A stretch of DNA of 64,000 nt from Antechinus flavipes (lineage: Eukaryota): positions 284,828,001 to 284,892,000 of the forward strand of contig NC_067401.1 in NCBI RefSeq assembly GCF_016432865.1. Reading direction: 5' to 3'. The notes beneath the pieces are model-generated. The model worked only from the letters and a program-made list of their open reading frames with translations. It made no database searches and had not been told where the DNA came from. The position numbers were made by a program, and so were the translations under genes. Shown here one piece after another: positions 24,545 to 36,420 of this stretch; position 1 is the stretch's first letter, and each line of letters opens with the position of its first letter.

Positions 24545-24990
24545 CTTGTGCTCCATTGTGGACATCACATTTTAGGAAGCACATTGACACACTCAAACTT
24601 GTCCAGACTTATGGGATCAGGATTTTGAGACCATGGTATATAAAAATTGGTTAAAAAAAAAAGGGAATGAATGCTTTAATCTGAAAAGAGGAAATAGAGT
24701 GATATGTAATAACTCTTTTCACTGTTCTTAAAGACCTGTTGTGTGGAAAAGGCTTAGTCTTACTCTGCTTGACTCCCTAAAGCAAAAGGACCAATGAGTA
24801 GAAGTGACAGAGACCAATATCAAGTTGGGAAATACTTAATCATTACAAGCTTTCTAAACAAAGAGGGAACTGACTCCAGGAGTAATAGTTTCCTCTCACT
24901 GGAAGATGAATGAGCCCAACACAGGGATATCTACTTAGCTCTTACTGAACTGAATAATTTTGGAGATTTCTTCTTGGAGATTCTCTGATT
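24545..24990 (+). mobile_element. L3/CR1 LINE 3' end
   Basis: 'acattttaggaagcacattgac..ttgtccag' through 'tttcctctcactggaag' matches the L3 terminal region. Confidence 0.65.
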
Positions 24991-25139
24991 CTATGATCAG
25001 AAAAAGAAAAAATCCAATATTTTAATTGCTCTGATTTTAGCTGTTTATTTCCAAATGAAATTTGTGATAAGCAAAAACAACAAAACTCCCCAAAGAACCA
25101 AAACCTTTTCTCATGTATTCTTGTTTCTTCTGTCCAATG

Positions 25140-25310
25140 TTTTTATAACATAGCATTTTGCAAATGAGATAGGTACAGTTATCACCTCTATTTTACAGAT
25201 GAGGAAATTGAGGCAGATAGGCCATTAAGTGATTTGTGAACAGTCACCCAGCTATTAAGTGGCTAAGATTGGATTTGAATTCAGGTGTAGCTGACTTTAC
25301 TGTTCATTAT
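25140..25310 (-). mobile_element. MIR SINE
   Basis: 'ctattttacagatgaggaaattgaggc...ggatttgaattcagg'. Confidence 0.75.
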
Positions 25311-25573
25311 TCCTATCTAGCTTCCAAGAAAAGGAGAGGACATTCCTGTGACAGTATTGTTTAGGAGAGGAGGCTTCTAAGACAAAACTTCTTGGGATGG
25401 AGACAGAATTAGACAAGAAAGTGATTTTGAATAACTAATTATTGATGGTAGATAACTTATTGTAGCCATCATGTACCTTTGGTAATACAGATATATTATG
25501 GGATCATCCAGTTTATACTTGAATACTTGTGCTTACTATGAGTTTATTGTCTAGTGAGGCAGCCTGGATCCAT

Positions 25574-25661
25574 TTTCTGTGTCTCATCTCTGTCTCTGTC
25601 TTTGTTTCTCTCTGTGTGTGTCTCTGTCTGTGTATGTGTAGGGAGGTATTTCTATATGTCT
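25574..25661 (-). repeat. Inverted copy of 23695-23764
   Basis: Reverse complement matches in two blocks (25/27 and 38/39 identical). Confidence 0.85.
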
Positions 25662-26789
25662 AGTAGGGTGTTATAGATGAGGTCTATGATCTTTTGCAAT
25701 TCTGTAATGTTAGGACTCTGTAAAATGGTTAGAAAATATGAGTCTAAGCATGTAAAATCTGAATAGAAAAAAAGTGTATAGACACAAATAGGATGATAAT
25801 GGTTTCATCTATGTGGGGGACTCCTGGTATGGAAACTACTTCCTTCAATCAATGCAGTTTGTGCTCCTTCCATGACTTGGTAAGTCCTAAGGAGTTTGCT
25901 TGGGCTATATAGAGGCTTAGTTACTCTTCCAGGCTAACATAGCTAACAAGTGATAAGGAAGATTTTCAACCCTTGTCTTTCTGATGTCAAGCCCAGCATT
26001 CTATCTCCTATGTTTCTCTATATCACATATATCAGTGAACATGATTACATACAAGTGTATCCTTCTAGAAAGGAATACATAGTTAGAACTGTAGAATGGC
26101 TACTCACCAAGTAGCAAACAGAATATAATCTGGCCCTTCCTTTTTTTAAAGCTCTTAATGTGAAGGAACCTGGTCTCTCTCAAGGTCTCCTCATTAAACT
26201 TTAAAAGGCACTCCTGTAGAGTAAATGCTAGCAAAGAGCTCCCCTTCCACAAAGTATTTTGCTATCTTGTGGAAATCTCTCCCTTAGGAGGTCACTGAAC
26301 CCGAGGCTGCAGCTGGTTTTTAATAAGGGCTGGATAATTTTATGACCAGCAACATTTGTAGTTACATATGCTACAAGGAGGTTAATCATATCTCAGCCTT
26401 CAGGGTATAATCTGGATTCCCCTAGGACTTTTCCTTGGGAATTTTATATTTGCCTAGCAGTAGTAGCTTTCCGGCTCACACATCAGATGTTGACCATTGC
26501 TCCATCATCCTAGACTTGGAACTTGTCATCTCCCGCACACGTCTCACAGAATAGTTTATGTCAGAGCTATTGCCTGAATACTGTCATGTGGTATTGCGTT
26601 GGAGGGATAGTCCTCAACACCTTATGCTATCATTACAAGGTATTATTTTCTACTTTGGAGTTTTGTGGGACTTAAGTATTCAACTCAGCTATGTAATTGA
26701 TCTTGAGAAGGCAATTTTTTTCCATTTCATTTTTATTCTGATCTCCTGAACTCTCATTTAATTTTCATTCTCAGCACTAAATTCAATGA

Positions 26790-27165
26790 ACATTTTGATA
26801 TTCATTGTAAAACAGGAGAAGTTTGTATATGAAATTGAGTCTCCACTATATAGGACTTGCTTTTCTTTTTAATTATAAAATAAATTCAATATGTGATTTT
26901 CAAAACTATTCAACTTGTCTATGATTCCTTTCATTGTCATCTCATTTTTCTAAGGGAGAACACTATCTTTATCCATCCCTATTCCTCACCTCCACCTGAA
27001 TAAAAAAAGAAAACCATTATAATAAATATTTTAAGTCAAACAAAACAATTTCCAACATTATCTGTGTCAATAGTGTATATCTCATTCTGCATCTTGACTA
27101 TCATCTCTTTGTCAGGTAACATTTTTATTGGTTCTTTGGAGTCATGTTTGATTCATTGAACATAA
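26790..27165 (-). mobile_element. Old L1 3' region
   Basis: 'gtcaaacaaaacaatttccaacatt...tctcattctgcatc..ctatcatctctttgtcag' as in the other old L1 copies. Confidence 0.6.
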
Positions 27166-27847
27166 TACTAAACTAAGTAGTTTTTCTCGACAATTCTCTT
27201 GCTTTTTATCATTTATTGAGAAGCCAACATTGAACAGCAGTTTCGGGACTTGACATAGGAATAGGGACTTGAGATACCAAGTATTTTCCAGTGTTTCTCA
27301 GTTTCTTAGGAAACACATCAAGTATTCCAAACCTCTCACTTGGTAGAAGTGTTTCTTTATGCAGAAATAACCCATCTCCTGTCTATAAAAAACATCATCG
27401 TTGCCTGAAAAAAAACTGAAGAATACCAGTCTAGGCCAGCTCCAGAAATGAACATCTAGATCAAGGAGAGTTTGGGGGACCCATGCTTGTCTACAAGATT
27501 CCTGAAAGGCTTTAGGGAAGGGTACTTGAATCTTTAGCCTTAGTATGGCCTAACCTAGCCTTCTTTTAATTCTTTGAGATAGAGGAAGACATGAACATAA
27601 CACAACATACTCTAAGTTCTGCTTATATTCAATTAGCCTCTAATGTTAAATGTTAGCAATGGCAGAAGAAACAGCATTTGGGAGGAATATTTGCTTCTAT
27701 GATGTTTTCCTAGATTCCTTTATTTCCTTTTGGAAGTGAAGGTACATTCAATTCAATGCAAACAGTATACAAAGCCAAAGTCAAACATTTCCTGATATTA
27801 GGAGGCTTACATTGCATTGGTGAGAAATAGCATGTATATAGATGAGC

Positions 27848-27849
<2 letters not shown>

Positions 27850-27909
<60 letters not shown>
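27850..27909. repeat. Perfect (TA)30 microsatellite
   Basis: Counted directly. Confidence 0.98.
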
Positions 27910-27914
<5 letters not shown>

Positions 27915-28697
27915 TCTTATATAGGAGTAAAATATCTACATAGATACAGATTGTCACCTTATATGCAATTCATAATTTGAAAGAGTTGACTGGAACCTTA
28001 AGATGTTAAATGACTTTCTTAGAGTCACAGAGTATCTGTCAGAGGCAAGACTCAAACTGAGGTCTTTCTGATTGTAAGACCTACTCTATCCTTATGCCTT
28101 GCTGAAGGTCTATATACTCATAACTTATCAGATTTGAAAAAAAAACTGAATCCAAAAATTGTGTGACGCCTGTATTAAGTAGCCAGATTCAATCAAGCAA
28201 AGATTGTAATCTATAGGACTTAATGTGAGATGAAATTACTGTTATCTGATTTGTTCATCCATAGATGTAGAAGTGATTGAAACCTTATTTTCCATTTGCT
28301 TCAAGGATAATTTTGAACTTGCCCCTCACTTGATTTTAGTTCATTTATGTATATAAACAGATTTTTTTTTTCAATTGTCATTTCCTAAAGAAGCTGATAC
28401 CTGTTACTCTCTTGGACCATAAATGACAGATGCCCTAAAGGCTAAAGGGTTTACCAATAGAGTTTCCATTAACATTGAAATGAGCAGACTTCATCATTAG
28501 ACAAAGAGACAGTATTTCTTATCCACAAATTTAGTGAGTGCTTAGCTAAAAGAACAAAACAATCATCCCATTTTGGACAAAATTAACACATAATATCACT
28601 TCTTTATGAAAAAGCACTGCTTCTTGCCCCATGAACCATTTTCTCTGGCTTTAATCTACTGATCTCTGTCCTTATCATGAAAAAGGGAAGACCAAAT

Positions 28698-29251
28698 TTT
28701 TTTTAATTAATTCATTTTTTATTATAGCTTTTTATTGACAAAACATATGCATGGGTAATTTTTCAACATTGACCCTTGCAAAAACTTTTGTTCCAACTTT
28801 TCCTCTCCTTTCCTCCACCTCCTCCCCTAGATGGCAGGTAGTCCCATACATGTTAAATATATTAAAGTATATGTTAAATACAATATATGTATACATATTT
28901 ATACAGTTGTCTTGCTACACAAGAAAAATCGGATTTAGAAAGAAAGTAAAAATAACCTTTTTTGGTTGAGAAAAACAAAAATGCAAGAAAACAATGACAG
29001 AGTATAAATTCTATATTGTGGTCTATACTCATTTCCCAATGTTCTTTCGCTGAGTGTAGCTGGTTCTATTCATATTGATCAATTGGAACTGATTTGGATC
29101 CTCTCATTGCCGAAGATAGCCACTTCCATCAGAATTGATCTTCATATAGTATTGTTGTTGAAGTGTATAATGATCTCCTGGTTCTACTCATTTCACTTAG
29201 CATCAGTTCATGTAAGTCTCTCCAAGCTTCTCTGTATTCATCCTGCTGGTC
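28698..29251 (-). mobile_element. 5'-truncated young L1
   Basis: T-rich tail and 'attatagctttttatt..caaaacatatgcatgggtaatttttcaacattgacccttgc'; candidate TSD accaaat at 28691-28697 and 29252-29258. Confidence 0.92.
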
Positions 29252-29329
29252 ACCAAATATTGTTTTTATAATGGTTAACAACTGTGGTTCTTAATTCTGC
29301 CCCCCCTCCATCTTCCTGAGGTTTCTTTA

Positions 29330-29890
29330 TCAGTAAAACAAATCATTAGGATCAAGTTACAACCTTTGTTCAAAAATCTTCAATGGCTCTCTAGTGCTTA
29401 TGAAATAATATCCATAATCCTCAGCTTGGCATTTAACATCCTTTAGAATCTGGCTTCCACCTGCCTTTCTAGACTTATTCATATTACTACCCTTCATATA
29501 CTCCCTGTTCTGTTAAATCTGCCTACTAACTATACCCTTTACTTATCTTTAACATCTCCCAACTGTGTCTTTGTATATGCATTTTCTACTTACCTCCACT
29601 ACATAGAATCCCCAGTTTCTTTCAAAACACAGCTCACTTGTTACCTCCTACAGTAAGCCTTTACATATGCTTCCATCCCCCAGTTATTAATACTTTCTTT
29701 CTCTTGAAATTACTTTGTATATACTTAGTATTTAGTTATTTATATTCATGTATCACCACAGCAAAATATAAATTCCCTGAGGGTCAAGTCTAATTTATTT
29801 TTGCTTTGGAACCCCCAATATGTTATATGTTGCACAATTCCTTGAATAATAATAGGGGCTTAATAAAGATTTGTTGAATTGTACTGACTA
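29330..29890 (+). mobile_element. L2 LINE 3' region
   Basis: 'aaaatcttcaatggctctcta..cttatgaaataa' through the terminal 'ggcttaataaagatttgttgaatt'. Confidence 0.7.
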
Positions 29891-30267
29891 TAAGATCTCT
29901 AAGATCCCTTTCAGACCTAACAATCTATGATTCTATAATACTTCACATTTGCTATGCAAGGTGTCATTTACCTTCTTATCAGAAGAGAAGGGGGAAAAAA
30001 AGGAAATATAGTCTTGAAAAGAGGAGAGGGATAGTATAATCTATCTTATTTTTAAGATCAGAAAAGACAATTCCCCCCAGAATTCTATTGTTTATTTAAC
30101 AGTGGCACTAGGTTGGAGGGAGAACAAAAAGCAGGAGAATAGAACCAAATCAGGATGGGTAGCAGAGAATTAGGTCAGTCATGGTGGCAAAGAAGGGAGG
30201 AAAGTTATGGTTACATTTTGTTAAAGGGAAACTTTTATCAGTAAAATTAAGAAAAACAAAACTAATG

Positions 30268-30830
30268 AGGCTACTAGGTGGTACAGTGGCTAGTCCGCTG
30301 AACACCTACAGTCTCAAAGACCTGAGTCCAGCCTTAGATACTACCTGCGTGATCCTGAACAAATCACATAGCTTGTGTCTCTTTCTTTTTTTTTTTTTTA
30401 AAGCTTTTTATTTACAAAACATATGCATGGGTAATTTTTCAACATTGACCCTTGCAAAACCTTCCATTGCAGATTTTCCCCTCCTTCATCCCACTGCCTC
30501 CCCTAGATGACAGGTAGTCCAATACATGTTGAATATGTTAAAATATATGCATACATAGTTATACAGCTATCTTGATGCACCAGAAAAATCAGATCAAGAA
30601 GGGAAAAAAAACTGAAGAAAGAAAACAAAATGCAGGCAAACAACAACAAAAAGAGTGAAAATGCTATGTTGTGGTCTGTGTTTCTGTTTCTTTATCTGTA
30701 AAATGGGATAATAATAGCACCTGTCTCCCAGGATTGTCATGAGGATCAAAGGAGATAATATTTGTAAAGCATTTTGCAAATCTTAAAAAGTACTATATAT
30801 GTGCTAGCTATTACTGTTATTATTGTAAAT
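30268..30830 (+). mobile_element. MIR split by an L1 insertion
   Basis: Head at 30268-30380; tail 'tctgtaaaatgggataataatagcacc...' from about 30690. Confidence 0.8.
30383..30676 (-). mobile_element. 5'-truncated young L1
   Basis: Poly-T plus the same L1 3' motif; candidate TSD tgtgt(c/t)tct-like 9-mer with one mismatch at 30374-30382 and 30677-30685. Confidence 0.9.
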
Positions 30831-31309
30831 AAGAAACTACATTCAGCTCTGTAGCTCTCATCTAGTATCTTGTGCTAATAATTTAGATTTTTCACCCACT
30901 TCCTTATATGTGAGATTGGAGCAAACTGCATTAGAAAGAACAAGGTCCTTGAATATCAAATTAAATTAGATAACTATAGTCTTCTTTTTGAGGCAAACCA
31001 TTATTGTTCCAAACTTGATGAATAGTAGAAAAACTAAATTGAAAAATAAAATACATGTGTTAGAAATTTTATGTGCCAAAGCTAGATGTTAGAATTCAGG
31101 ATTTCTAGGAAGAATGGTTTCCTATTTACCCTTACCCAGCTTCCAGCAATATATCCAAACCAGGGTTTATAGTAAGAAACATCTAGAATTCTAAGTTTGG
31201 GATAGAGTTGGTCTATCCAGAAAGTGATCTCTCCTCCATCTGAATTCCTATAGCATTTGTTTGTCTATAGTTCCTATTTATCACATATTATGTCCTATTT
31301 TGTACTGTG

Positions 31310-31900
31310 CTGTTTTAAAGTTAATTTTTTTTCAATGAACTGCTCTCCATTAAAAAAAAATCTTTATAACAAATATAGTCAACAAAACAAGTTCCTACTT
31401 TGACTATGTCTATAAATTATGTCTCATTTTGCACCCTGAGTCCATCATTCTTTACTCAGTAAGTAGGTAACATGCTTCATCATCACTTCTCTTAAATTAT
31501 GGTTGGTCATTGCATTGATTAAAACTCTCAAATCTTTCAAAGATGTTTGCATTTATAAGGTTGTTTTATAAATAGTTCTCCTGGTTCTACATACTTTTCT
31601 TTGCATCAGTTCACATAAGTCTTTCTCTAAAACTATCTCATCATTTCTATAACATAATAGTAAGTCATGAAATTCCTATATCACAGTTTGTTCAACCAGC
31701 CTCTAGTTGATAGGCATCCCTTTAGTTTCTGGTTCTTTGTTACTACAAAAAAAATGCTACACATATTTTTGTACATATGAGTCCTTCCTCTCATTCTTTA
31801 ATCTCTTTGGGCATGTAAACCTAGTAGTGATATCACTGTGTCAGAGAGTATGCACAGATTAATAACTTTTTGGTCACAGTTCCAAATTGCTTTGCAGAAT
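31310..31900 (-). mobile_element. Old L1 3' region
   Basis: 'ttctcctggttctacatacttttctttgcatcagttcacataagtc' ... 'cacagttccaaattgctttgcagaatg'. Confidence 0.7.
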
Positions 31901-32124
31901 GTGTGATACTTCTTGGCATACAAGTCATGCTTCAGCTTTCAGTTGCAGTTTGCACATGATGAAGGGAGCAGTTGGTTGGATGAGTTTTAATTGTGATGGC
32001 TGATGGTGAATGGCCATCCATAGTCCATCTGAGCATGAAAAAAAGAGAGTTGAAAATTGAAGCTTCCATATAAGACCATTAAGGAAAAGAAAAGTGGAGT
32101 ATTTTTCTCATCCAATCTTTTAAG

Positions 32125-32193
32125 GTTCCTCAAAGCATGTGTGGAAGTAATAATGGCATTTAAAGCCAGCTTGTGACTTCAACTTGTTAAATG
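32125..32193 (+). other. Candidate 69-nt non-coding or poison exon
   Basis: Acceptor tttttctcatccaatcttttaag|G, donor ATG|GTGAGT; stop codons in all three frames. Confidence 0.22.
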
Positions 32194-32759
32194 GTGAGTC
32201 CTAGCTAATTTGGACAATTCTAGAAGAAATGTCTTTGCCATTTAAATCACATAATGCCCCAAACTTAATTCTCAATTCAGAATTACAGATAATATAGCAA
32301 TACTTTTCAAATAGCAGAGCTTCTGCTAACAAAAGAAATTAGAGGGTAGGCTCCATCTCCACCTCACTATTGGATCCTAGACCAAGAGTTGAGGTACTTA
32401 TCTAATCTAACCCTCTCATTTGCTAGATGAGAAAATTGATGAGCAAGGAAGTTAAATGACTTGCCTAAGGTCACATTGGTAGTAAATATCAAAGGCAAGA
32501 TTCAAATTTAAGTCTTCTGACTTCAAAGCCATACTCTTTTCCATACCACAAGTGATTCTTTATTTCATTCCTCTGTATATTAAAATCATTTTAAAAAGTC
32601 ATAACCCACATGCACATATATCTATATACAGTTATGTACATATGAATACACATATAAATGAATACATATATATATATATATATATATATGCATACATGTG
32701 CAAACAAGATTATTTTCACTTTGTCCTGGACATAGCTTGCTTGTACATGATTGTTTACA

Positions 32760-33085
32760 CGTTGTCTTCCCCATTAGATTGTAAGCTTCTTGAGATCAGG
32801 AACTGTTTTTCTTCTACAGAAGACAGGACTTATTGGAAAAGACCTAGATATTGGGCATGATTGAAGGCAAAAGGAAAAGGGGATGGCCAAGTATGAGATG
32901 GTGAGATAGTATTATGGAAACAATGAACATGTCCTTAGACTGACTTTGGGAAATAGAGAATAGAAGGGCCTAGTGTGCAATGGTCCATGGGTTCAACAAA
33001 GAGTCAGATACGACCAATACATATCCCCAGTGCTTAGCACGATGAATGGCACATAATTGGTGCTTAATGAATTGTTAACTTGATT
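32760..33085 (+). mobile_element. L2 3' tail split by a BovB-like insertion
   Basis: 'gattgtaagcttcttgagatcaggaactg' resumes as 'atatccccagtgcttagcac..tggcacataa..ggtgcttaat'. Confidence 0.7.
32828..33018 (+). mobile_element. BovB-like RTE LINE 3' end
   Basis: 'ttggaaaagacc..gatattggg..tgattgaaggcaaaaggaaaaggggatgg..gagatgg...tggtccatggg...aaagagtcagatacgac'. Confidence 0.8.
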
Positions 33086-33946
33086 TAATATAACTCCTGG
33101 AAAATAATGCAGTTACCAGACCCTTTAAAATATGTGTTTTATTGTTCATACCAATTCAACACACTGAAACTATATTGAAAATGAACTACTGACTCAAATG
33201 AGCCAAAGCATGCCTCAGGCTACACAAAACTTTCTACAAGTTTAGAGTTAACTTCCCTCACTCTCTAACATTTGTGAGAAGCAAGGTTTTTAAATAATCT
33301 CCTGACTCAATTCTAAATTCTGAAAGAAGAATAAATTAGGTTAGTGGTAGCACATGCTTCTGTAATGCCAAGCTTTCTAAGTCTTTAAGATTTTGACTGT
33401 ACTTTTATTGCTCTGCCAGACAAAGGTGTTGAGCTGATAAGAAATGGTATCCTCATCACCTAACAGAAGGAATTGCCCAGCAGATAGGTGAGATACTATT
33501 GTGAAATTTTATAATTACCTCTCTCTTGTTCTCTTTGCCTTTTGCACTCTTAGTGGCAAAATGGGATCATTGTCAAGAATTTCAAACTCTAATTTGTACT
33601 GAGTGACTTCTGTCAAGTCATTAATTGCATCTGTGAAGTCAAGAGATTCATCCTTCTATGCACAGACTGATTGTTCTGTTAATGAGGCAATGTGGTTAGT
33701 GGAAAAATTGTTGATTTAGGAGTTTGAGAATCTGGGCACAGATTCTAGTTCCAATATTTATTATTATTTCAGTCAAATCATTTAATTTGTCTGGGCCTCA
33801 GTTTCCTCATTTTTAAAATGAAGAGATTGGGTAAAATGACTTAAATGGTCCCTTTGGGATCTTAATCTATGATCTGTTGCTCAAAAAAACTTTTAGCTTC
33901 AGTAAAATCCTTCAACTTCATTTTTTTTCCTATTTACTTGAATACA

Positions 33947-34186
33947 GGGACAGTTAGGTATCTCAGTGGATAGAGTGCCAAACTTAGAGTCAGACTTATC
34001 TTCATGAGTTCAAATCTGGCCTCATGCTATGTGACCCTAGGCAAATCACTTAAGATTGTTTGCCTAGTTCCTCATTTGTAAAATGAGCTGGAGAAGAAAA
34101 TGACAAAGCACTCCAGTATCTTTGCCAAAAAAGTTCCAAATGAAGTCATATAGAATCGGACATGACTGAAATGATTGAACAATAAC
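33947..34186 (+). mobile_element. Full-length Mar1-type SINE
   Basis: Head, core and RTE-derived tail all present. Confidence 0.9.
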
Positions 34187-34759
34187 TTGGATGCAACAGA
34201 ATCCTGGGGAAAGATATGGTTTTGAGAGAAGAAAAAGATAGTATAGCCTGTTTATATGAAAGAAATAAAAAAGAAGTGTTTTCTCCATTTTTTTCCTCTT
34301 GTGCACGATTAGATGAGGTGGGGTCTCCAGGAGAATGAGAAGAAAAGAGAAAAGGAACTGAGCTCTGTGCTTTCTGTAATATTCTATAATTCAGAGACTC
34401 TACAATAGGCTCAGATTTTTGCTTCCAGAAACTCCTAAGTAATTTTGTGGGGGTCCTGTGAGTCCCTAAAAGTAGGAGATGTTTCCTAGTAAGTGAGGAT
34501 CAGCTAAAGCTCACAGGAGCTCTGACAAACTGTTCCTTGTTGGCTTCTCTCAAAACAAATCTATAAAACTACCCTCAGATATCATCGTATTTACTTAATT
34601 CATCATCAAATAGAGGAAAAAGCAAACCTCATTACTTTCTGATGGTTCATATACACATTTCTGCTCAATTTTATCAGTAAGTAAATGTTAGGGAATGAGG
34701 TCTTCTTAGGGGCACTGTTTGTAAAAGAAGGACCTCAGAAGTTATGGCAGAAGTCATAA

Positions 34760-35160
34760 GTGAGGCAAGCTGAAGTTAAGGATCACTCGCGGTTCCTAAC
34801 TTTTCTTTGACACAGTAAGCACATTACACTTGAGCCTTAGTTTAAAACCTTGTGGCTGTTTCTGGCTTGTGTCACATCTAAGTCATAGTCTAGCTTCTTC
34901 CATCCATGCTTTTAACTGCACAGAAGGTTTCACGTTTTGTCAGCTTTTGCAGAACAGCTGTGCCCAGAGAGAAAACAGAATGTGTGTGTGGTACAGGATG
35001 CGTTCAGCTGATGCACAAGATTCTTCCTACCATATGTAGAAAGCAGTGTGCTTTTCACTCTGAAAGTTCATTGCCAAAGCTTCCAGAAGCAAATAAAGAA
35101 GGGTGTAATGCAGAGAGACATAGCATGCTAAGCTTGAAGCCTGGACCTTGTAAAGGAAGG
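34760..35160. promoter_or_regulatory. Enhancer-like repeat-free block
   Basis: CAGCTG E-boxes at 34955 and 35005, RUNX-type TGTGGT at 34987, several retained CpGs. Confidence 0.3.
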
Positions 35161-35164
35161 GGAA

Positions 35165-35610
35165 GAGAATAAGCATTTATATAGCTCCTACCATGTGCCA
35201 GGATTTCAATAACTCAGGAAGAAAGTGTGAGGCTGACAACTTTGTGCAAGACTTTGCCTCACTTAAATCCAATTCACATGTAAGTCAAGACATCACCCAT
35301 GATATCATTGGTTATCTTCAAAAAAAAAAAAAAAAAAAAAGGAAGTACAAAAAACATCTATCTTCCAGGAACTATCAAGTGCTTTTTACAAATATTATTT
35401 CATTTGACCCTTACAACAACCCTGAGAGATAGATGGTATCATTATCCCCAAAATAACCCTGAGAAGTAGACGCTATTATTATCTCCATTTTATATTTGAG
35501 GAAACTGAGGCAGACAGAGATTAAGTGACTTGTCTAGGGACTCATAGCTATTAAGTGAGACTGGATCTGAAATCAGGTCTTCTTGATTCTAAGCTCAGTA
35601 CTCAATCCAC
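35165..35610 (-). mobile_element. MIR split by an RTE fragment
   Basis: 'agctcctaccatgtgccagg' resumes as 'aactatcaagtgctttttacaaatattatttcatttga'. Confidence 0.75.
35204..35364 (+). mobile_element. RTE-type 3' fragment with candidate 6-bp TSD
   Basis: Homologous to 38470-38605; ccagga at 35198-35203 and 35365-35370; long A run inside. Confidence 0.75.
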
Positions 35611-35964
35611 TATACCACTGGCTGCCCTTATGATCCCTTTTCCCTTTAATTATCATATTATATATTATTATATAATATATTTTTAAATCTTAACAAAGGA
35701 TAGATGAGGGAAAAGGGCCCCAGACAGAATTAGGACCCTTGAGTTTTAAATCCTACAATGAGAGAGCTTTATAGTTCAATTCAACAACTATTTATTAAGC
35801 ACCTACTGTGTACAAGGCACTGTAAAATACTTAAGAAAGGAATGATTATAGCTAAAGCTAATATTTACATAGCACTTTAAGCACTTAACACATACTATCT
35901 CATTTACTCTTCACAAAAATCCTGTGAGGTAAGTGCTATTATTATCCCTATTTTATAGATGGGT

Positions 35965-36115
35965 GAGAGAATTTGTGTTTAATTCTATATGACTCTTCAT
36001 GACCCCATTTGAAATTTTCTTGGTAAAGATATTGGAGTGGTTTGTCATTTTCCTTTTCCAGCTTATTTTACAGATAAGGAAACTGAGGCAACCAGATTAA
36101 ATAATTTGCCCAGGA
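35965..36115 (-). mobile_element. Mar1-type SINE, 3' half, adjoining a MIR at 35845-35960
   Basis: 'gactcttcatgaccccatttg..attttcttggtaaagatattggagtggtttgtcatttcc'. Confidence 0.75.
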
Positions 36116-36420
36116 TCAGGCCTGGAGTCAAGAAGACTAACCAGAAAGATATTATTATAGTCCAAGCATGATGTAATGAAAACTTGTAGCAAAGTAGCTA
36201 TATGAGGAGAAAGAAAATGGCATATAGGAGAGATATTGCAGAAGTAGAAACAATGATATTTGATAATAATTTGAATATATGGAAAGAGTAAAAGGGAGCA
36301 ATCAGTGATGAATGACTCATCTCAAGACTGGGTAAATGGGAGAATGGTAGTGCCTTCAATAGTAATGGGCAGGGGTGTGCTGATAAATTTTTGACAATCA
36401 GCTTTGTAGAAGAAAAAAAG
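36115..36420 (-). mobile_element. L2 fragment
   Basis: Purine-rich 'tagtccaagcatga..gtaatgaa', 'gactgggtaaatgggagaatggtagtgcc' is typical reverse L2. Confidence 0.55.

Noticed and set aside
30181-30510. 109-aa ORF and related ORFs at 13145 and 28751 sharing 'MGNFS.LT.AK'
   Set aside because: The shared peptide is the antisense translation of the L1 3' UTR, not a gene family.
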